Positions 27,627-32,000 of a DNA stretch of 32,000 nt are shown here, piece by piece. The notes beneath the pieces were generated by a model. It worked only from the letters and a program-made list of their open reading frames with translations. It made no database searches and was not told where the DNA came from. This stretch comes from an uncultured bacterium (GTDB taxonomy: Bacteria; Patescibacteriota; Gracilibacteria; UBA1369; PNNO01): NCBI GenBank assembly GCA_963704705.1, contig OY969931.1, positions 540,001 to 572,000 of the forward strand, read 5' to 3'. Position numbers and translations under genes: made by a program. Position 1 is the first letter of the stretch, and each line of letters begins with the position of its first letter.

Positions 27627-29546
27627 CTAATTTGTCAGAATTCTATAAAGCATATCCATTGCATATCTTCTGTTTAACTGCATAGGTCCAACTTCTGTTG
27701 GGTCACTGAAAGAGAAAGGTACCCATCCATTACCGTCAGCATCGTCCACCATTGAACAATACCAGCAATCACCAGAATCAATATTGTAAACTAAATCCAA
27801 AGCTCCTAAGAACATTTTTAGTCCTTCACCAAGTAAAACAATATTTCCTGGTTTTGCATCACCGTCAGGATAACCCTGAACAAATCCTGCATCTTTTGCA
27901 GTACAGAAGTATTTAGCATACCAATCATTTGTTACATCAGGGAAGCATGCAGCAGCATTTTGATCTACAACACCCAGACCTTTATATTCACGGGCTCTAA
28001 ACGCCATTGCCAATAATTCAGCTCTAGTTAAGTAATCGTCGATTCTCAAATTTCCATAACCGTCACCCTGTACTATTCCTCCATGATTACATAAGTAAAC
28101 CGCAATATTATAATGACTGTCGGTTGAATCAATATCCAACCATCCTCCGCAGGCTACCTGAACCTCAGTTAAACAAACAGCACTACAACCGTCTCCATTT
28201 ACTAAGTTGCCATCATCACATTGTTCTCCGGTATCAACTGTTCCATCACCGCAAACTCCGCCTGTGCTTTCTATTGTACAAGAAGAGCTGCAACCGTCAC
28301 CATTCACTAAATTGCCGTCATCGCACTGTTCTCCTGATTCAAGATAACTGTTTCCGCAAGCTTGTGGAATTTCAAATTCATGAAATCCTGGATCATATTC
28401 TGCACCCTGAGGTCTTGAAGTCCCAAAGTAGTCATCGCTGACTAGCAGGATACCTCTTCCCTTATCAATACAAGTTGAACTTGCACCTAATTTGTAAGCT
28501 GCTGCACCGGTTCCACCCGCAAAAGCAGGGTCACAATCTCCTTCACCAAAGTTGTTTTCAGCAACTGCATTTGGTGATAAAACATAATCATCACCAGAAA
28601 CATTGTTAACAAGATTGTTATAAAGTGTGTGTCCGGTTCCGCTTGAAGCAATAGCTCCGCTTGAAGCAGTACCTCCAACAACTGTGTTGTTATAAACCTG
28701 CGCTTCATTTGAAATTCTTATTGCAACTCTGTTATTGACTCCGGAATTAGCAATTAAATTGTTTCGTACGATAGCTCCGTCAGTTGCTCTGATAATTCCA
28801 TAAGAACCATTTAAAGACGATGTTGAGTTGAAGTAATTTTTATCTATTAATGAATCTCCTGCACCTATTGCATCAACAATTGATTGATCAGATGTTGCTA
28901 ATGTGAAATAGTTATTGATAATTTCTCCAACGCTTCCTGCACCTGAATTGATTCTTACAAAATAATTAACAACCGTAGAAAGCCCAAAGTAGTTGTCTGA
29001 AACAGCAAATTGCAGACCAGAGCCAGCATTGTTAACCGAAATCAGATAATTAACTCCAAGTTGGCCTCCAAATGTCATTCCTGAAATTTCACCGCTTGTG
29101 TTTGTAACATCAATTTTTCCATTTAACATTGTACTGTGTGCCTGGGTATCCCGATCAGTAAATGGATTTAGATCTCCGGGACCGCCATTGTAACCACCCA
29201 TAATTCGTACTTCATCAGATCCTGTAATGTTTAGATCTTCTGTATAATTCCCTTCGGCAACATGAATCGTCCCGCCATCACTATCCAAATCATTCAAAGC
29301 TTCAGTAATTGTCAGATAAGGTGAATCAATTGGTCCATGGACATAAGTCCCATAATCCACCCATGTCAGTTCTCCGTCTACGTAAAGTTCTTGATACGCA
29401 GCAGAAACAGATTGAGATGCCACAATAAATAGCCCCGTCATAACAAGGAAGGGGATTAGCATCTTCGAGATTCTTTGTAACATATATAAAAGGTTAATAA
29501 AAACTCCGATTTCCATAATACATCTATTATAACGATATTCAAACAA
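27627..29546 (-). CDS. Secreted modular protein: beta-helix/pectate-lyase-like region, two Cys-rich (myxococcal-type) disulfide repeats, C-terminal SLH-like region
   Basis: Signal [20 protein letters not shown]; [28 protein letters not shown]; two [16 protein letters not shown] units; [14 protein letters not shown]...[29 protein letters not shown]. Confidence 0.85.
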   Translation of the reverse strand: MFEYRYNRCIMEIGVFINLLYMLQRISKMLIPFLVMTGLFIVASQSVSAAYQELYVDGELTWVDYGTYVHGPIDSPYLTITEALNDLDSDGGTIHVAEGNYTEDLNITGSDEVRIMGGYNGGPGDLNPFTDRDTQAHSTMLNGKIDVTNTSGEISGMTFGGQLGVNYLISVNNAGSGLQFAVSDNYFGLSTVVNYFVRINSGAGSVGEIINNYFTLATSDQSIVDAIGAGDSLIDKNYFNSTSSLNGSYGIIRATDGAIVRNNLIANSGVNNRVAIRISNEAQVYNNTVVGGTASSGAIASSGTGHTLYNNLVNNVSGDDYVLSPNAVAENNFGEGDCDPAFAGGTGAAAYKLGASSTCIDKGRGILLVSDDYFGTSRPQGAEYDPGFHEFEIPQACGNSYLESGEQCDDGNLVNGDGCSSSCTIESTGGVCGDGTVDTGEQCDDGNLVNGDGCSAVCLTEVQVACGGWLDIDSTDSHYNIAVYLCNHGGIVQGDGYGNLRIDDYLTRAELLAMAFRAREYKGLGVVDQNAAACFPDVTNDWYAKYFCTAKDAGFVQGYPDGDAKPGNIVLLGEGLKMFLGALDLVYNIDSGDCWYCSMVDDADGNGWVPFSFSDPTEVGPMQLNRRYAMDMLYRILTN

Positions 29547-29629
29547 TGACCGTTACAAGTTTAAGACCATGTTGCTATTAAGAATCTGATGTAATACAAT
29601 CAAAAACAGTATTATTAACTTTAATTAAC

Positions 29630-30085
29630 ATGAAAAAAATAATTACTATTCTTGCTTTTCTTTTGTTTGTGTTTACAGGTTGCATGCAGGCAGCACCACA
29701 GGAAGATGCTGTTATGAACAATGAAAATGCTTTAACTAATGAAGAAAAAACGAACATTACCGAAAGTATGCCTGAAGATTATCAGGGAGCATGGTTTAGA
29801 ACAGGTGTTTATATGGATGGAGAATTGCAAAATCAATCTCCTGCGATTTTAACATTAAATAAAACTGATTACACCTCTGTTGGTACATGCAGTAATGCTG
29901 GTCAACTAATTGATAATGGTGATAATAGTATAACTTTAACGCTAGATAGTACTGATTGTCCTGGTGTAACTGCTGGCGGTCAAGTTACATATACTTATAC
30001 TATCCAATATGATCAGGATCGTGATGTTGAAACAATGACAACTTATACCGGACCTGTAACTGAAACTTACGACAGGCAAAGCTAA
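29630..30085 (+). CDS. Small lipoprotein, function unknown
   Basis: MKKIITILAFLLFVFTGCM lipobox; beta-rich Thr-rich remainder. Confidence 0.7.
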   Translation: MKKIITILAFLLFVFTGCMQAAPQEDAVMNNENALTNEEKTNITESMPEDYQGAWFRTGVYMDGELQNQSPAILTLNKTDYTSVGTCSNAGQLIDNGDNSITLTLDSTDCPGVTAGGQVTYTYTIQYDQDRDVETMTTYTGPVTETYDRQS

Positions 30086-30095
30086 TTAAAATCTA

Positions 30096-30605
30096 TTATC
30101 TTGATTGTTTTCTGTGTGGAAGTACTTTATTTAGTACGCAATTTTGTAAATCTTTTTCGCAATTTCTCACCTTAACAACACTATCCCTTACTTCGCCAGT
30201 TAAGTGAAAAGGAAACATCTTACTCATAAAGCTATTTTTTGGAGCAGGAATTTTACCCTGAGCAACACTTGCACATTCATGCCGTGTTTCTTCACATATA
30301 GAAAGTGCGGTTTGCGCATCAGGATTATTAAGTATTCGTGGTAAAGGAGCGCTAACATATTCAACAAGAGTGGGTATTTTATTTTGTTTTGGTTTTTCAA
30401 CAGTATTAAAGTTGCTCTTTATTATGCCACCGGTATTTTGTCTTGTTTCAGCTATTTTGTGTTCAACTTCAGCAATTAAACGCCCTCTATTTGAATATGC
30501 TGTGCTTGCTGTCATTAAGCCCAAAGCTGTTAAAGCTGATATTACAACAGCCGGTCCTATTGCTTTTTCTTTTAGATCAGATAATTTATCTTTGAAATTT
30601 TCCAT
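30096..30605 (-). CDS. Hypothetical protein with one TM segment
   Basis: 169-aa ORF with AIGPAVVISALTALGLMTAST and Cys-containing C-terminal half. Confidence 0.6.
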   Translation of the reverse strand: MENFKDKLSDLKEKAIGPAVVISALTALGLMTASTAYSNRGRLIAEVEHKIAETRQNTGGIIKSNFNTVEKPKQNKIPTLVEYVSAPLPRILNNPDAQTALSICEETRHECASVAQGKIPAPKNSFMSKMFPFHLTGEVRDSVVKVRNCEKDLQNCVLNKVLPHRKQSR

Positions 30606-30674
30606 AATTAATAAGTTACGAGATTATATTATAAGCATTAATCGTATCTTTGTCAACAAATGCAGGTAGTAGCA

Positions 30675-30703
30675 TTGCCAAGCATGCATATTCATGGTAT
30701 AAT
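30675..30703 (+). promoter_or_regulatory. Promoter candidate TTGCCA - 17 nt - TATAAT
   Basis: Perfect -10 at 30698-30703, ideal spacing, 25 nt upstream of the ATG at 30729. Confidence 0.7.
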
Positions 30704-30728
30704 TTAAACATATTCATAAAACAAAAAT

Positions 30729-31004
30729 ATGCACAAAACAAAAACATTGCAATTCAATTATAAAGTATTATTGATTGCAGCAAGTATCCTTATTTTACTT
30801 GCACTTGCTTTTTGGGGATATGCCCAAAACAGGGACCAATTGCATAATGCCCCTTTGAGTCAATTATCAAAATTAGAAAACATTAAAGATGGTCCTAGAT
30901 TTGTACCACCAAATGAACCAGTTGAAAATATTAATAATAAAGTTAGAACTCTAGAACCAATAAAAATTGATGAAAAGGTGCAGTATAGTATCAAATCAAG
31001 GTAA
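30729..31004 (+). CDS. Small TM-anchored hypothetical protein
   Basis: 91 aa, N-terminal TM VLLIAASILILLALAFWGYA, adjacent promoter. Confidence 0.65.
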   Translation: MHKTKTLQFNYKVLLIAASILILLALAFWGYAQNRDQLHNAPLSQLSKLENIKDGPRFVPPNEPVENINNKVRTLEPIKIDEKVQYSIKSR

Positions 31005-31006
31005 TT

Positions 31007-32000
31007 ATGCTGAATAAATTGAAAAGGCTTCTATTTTTGAGCCTTATCATAATAACACCGTTCTTATTCAATCCATTTAACGGCGATATTGAGCTAATAA
31101 AGGTAATATTTTTATGTTCAATGATATTTGTTTTGCTTCTTTATGCAATATTTTTCATACAAAAGAGACTGAAATTTAATAAAAAAGGGAAAATAATTGT
31201 ATTTTCAATTCTGGGATTTATTTTATTTGCTTTAATATCAACATTTTCAAATGATTTTCTTACTTCAATTTATGGTCAATACGGACGTTATTTTGGGTTC
31301 TTGCCATGGTTTAGTTGTATTATGCTGGCATTTGTTGCACCTTTTTATATAGAAGGCAAGAATTTTCTTGAAAAGCTTATAAAAGTGCTAATCTGGGTTG
31401 GTTTTGTTAGTGCTTTAAGTGCAATATTGCTTTCTTTTTTGGATATAGGAGCTGTTTTCGAAGGAAGATTGTCAGGATTTACCGGGAATCCAAATGTATT
31501 GGGTAAATTGTTGCTGATTACGATTATTTTGAATTTTATATATCTCGCCCATTTAAAAAAAGACACTAAATGGCTATATATAATAACTTTGATAATTCAA
31601 TTGGGCGTATTTATAATGACTGGAAATAGGGGAGCATGGCTTGCACTAGGTATTATTTTATTGATTCTATTACTTCGAAATCCTAAAAAATATATTAGAT
31701 ATGCCACAATCGGGTTAATTAGCGCAGTTCCATTTGTTTTAGTAATTTTTACCCGAATAATTGATACGATATCTATTTCCACAAGACTCGAAATCTACGA
31801 AAAAGCCATATCAAAGCTTTTTGAAGGGGGGTTGTTCGGATATGGATTTGATTTTGACCCTAATATGTTGATTCCAAATGAAACGTATACTTATAGTGTT
31901 GATAGGGCCCATCAGTTATTTTTGGATGTTGGTTTGAATGTTGGAATTCCCGGATTAATATTTTTTATAATTTTTAGTGTTTACGCGATTTATATTTTAT
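31007..32000 (+). CDS. O-antigen ligase/Wzy-like polytopic membrane protein, 3'-partial; not listed in the ORF track
   Basis: Open frame from ATG 31007 to the window end: MLNKLKRLLFLSLIIITPFLFNPFNGDIELIKVIFL...GRLSGFTGNPNVLGKLLLITIILNFIYLA...MTGNRGAWLALGIILLILLL...FGYGFDFDPNMLIPNETYTYSVDRAHQLFLDVGLNVGIPGLIFFI. Confidence 0.85.
   Translation, partial: MLNKLKRLLFLSLIIITPFLFNPFNGDIELIKVIFLCSMIFVLLLYAIFFIQKRLKFNKKGKIIVFSILGFILFALISTFSNDFLTSIYGQYGRYFGFLPWFSCIMLAFVAPFYIEGKNFLEKLIKVLIWVGFVSALSAILLSFLDIGAVFEGRLSGFTGNPNVLGKLLLITIILNFIYLAHLKKDTKWLYIITLIIQLGVFIMTGNRGAWLALGIILLILLLRNPKKYIRYATIGLISAVPFVLVIFTRIIDTISISTRLEIYEKAISKLFEGGLFGYGFDFDPNMLIPNETYTYSVDRAHQLFLDVGLNVGIPGLIFFIIFSVYAIYIL

Noticed and set aside
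1-32000. Alternative genetic code (UGA = Gly, as in Gracilibacteria/Absconditabacteria)
   Set aside because: Conserved genes read full length in the standard code and TGA is used as a natural stop, for example at the end of the VanX-like gene (GSIEL*).

Overview
AT-rich bacterial window that reads cleanly with the standard code. TAA, TAG and TGA all terminate well-supported genes. Likely origin is a Patescibacteria/CPR-like bacterium, possibly Peregrinibacteria-like; this is an inference from the T4SS-pilin/PKD fusion and the SLH-like/disulfide-repeat surface protein. Main contents: (i) a left-hand surface-protein locus with a giant T4SS-pilin-like/PKD protein truncated at the left edge, a second multi-PKD membrane protein, an uncalled 38-aa membrane ORF, and a Thr/Pro-rich protein with an LPXTG-like PSTGPE tail; (ii) an overlapping sdhA-sdhB-sdhE (type-E/CCG-domain) fumarate reductase/succinate dehydrogenase-like operon with two non-canonical cofactor sites; (iii) tRNA-Gln(UUG) immediately followed by an Imm5-like putative immunity gene; (iv) NodB deacetylase, zinc ribbon, TypA and an APC permease that may be leaderless; (v) two large hypothetical helical proteins with similar C-termini; (vi) nth, yjbQ, an M23 hydrolase and rpmA, with a GC-rich tandem palindrome between the last two; (vii) hypothetical proteins including one with a glycine-zipper segment, then a VanX-like peptidase, lipoproteins, a modular beta-helix/SLH-like protein and a partial O-antigen-ligase-like gene at the right edge that is absent from the ORF track. 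I saw no CRISPR array, transposase or clear prophage. The most interesting items are the atypical type-E complex and the PKD surface locus. I cannot claim a demonstrated new system.
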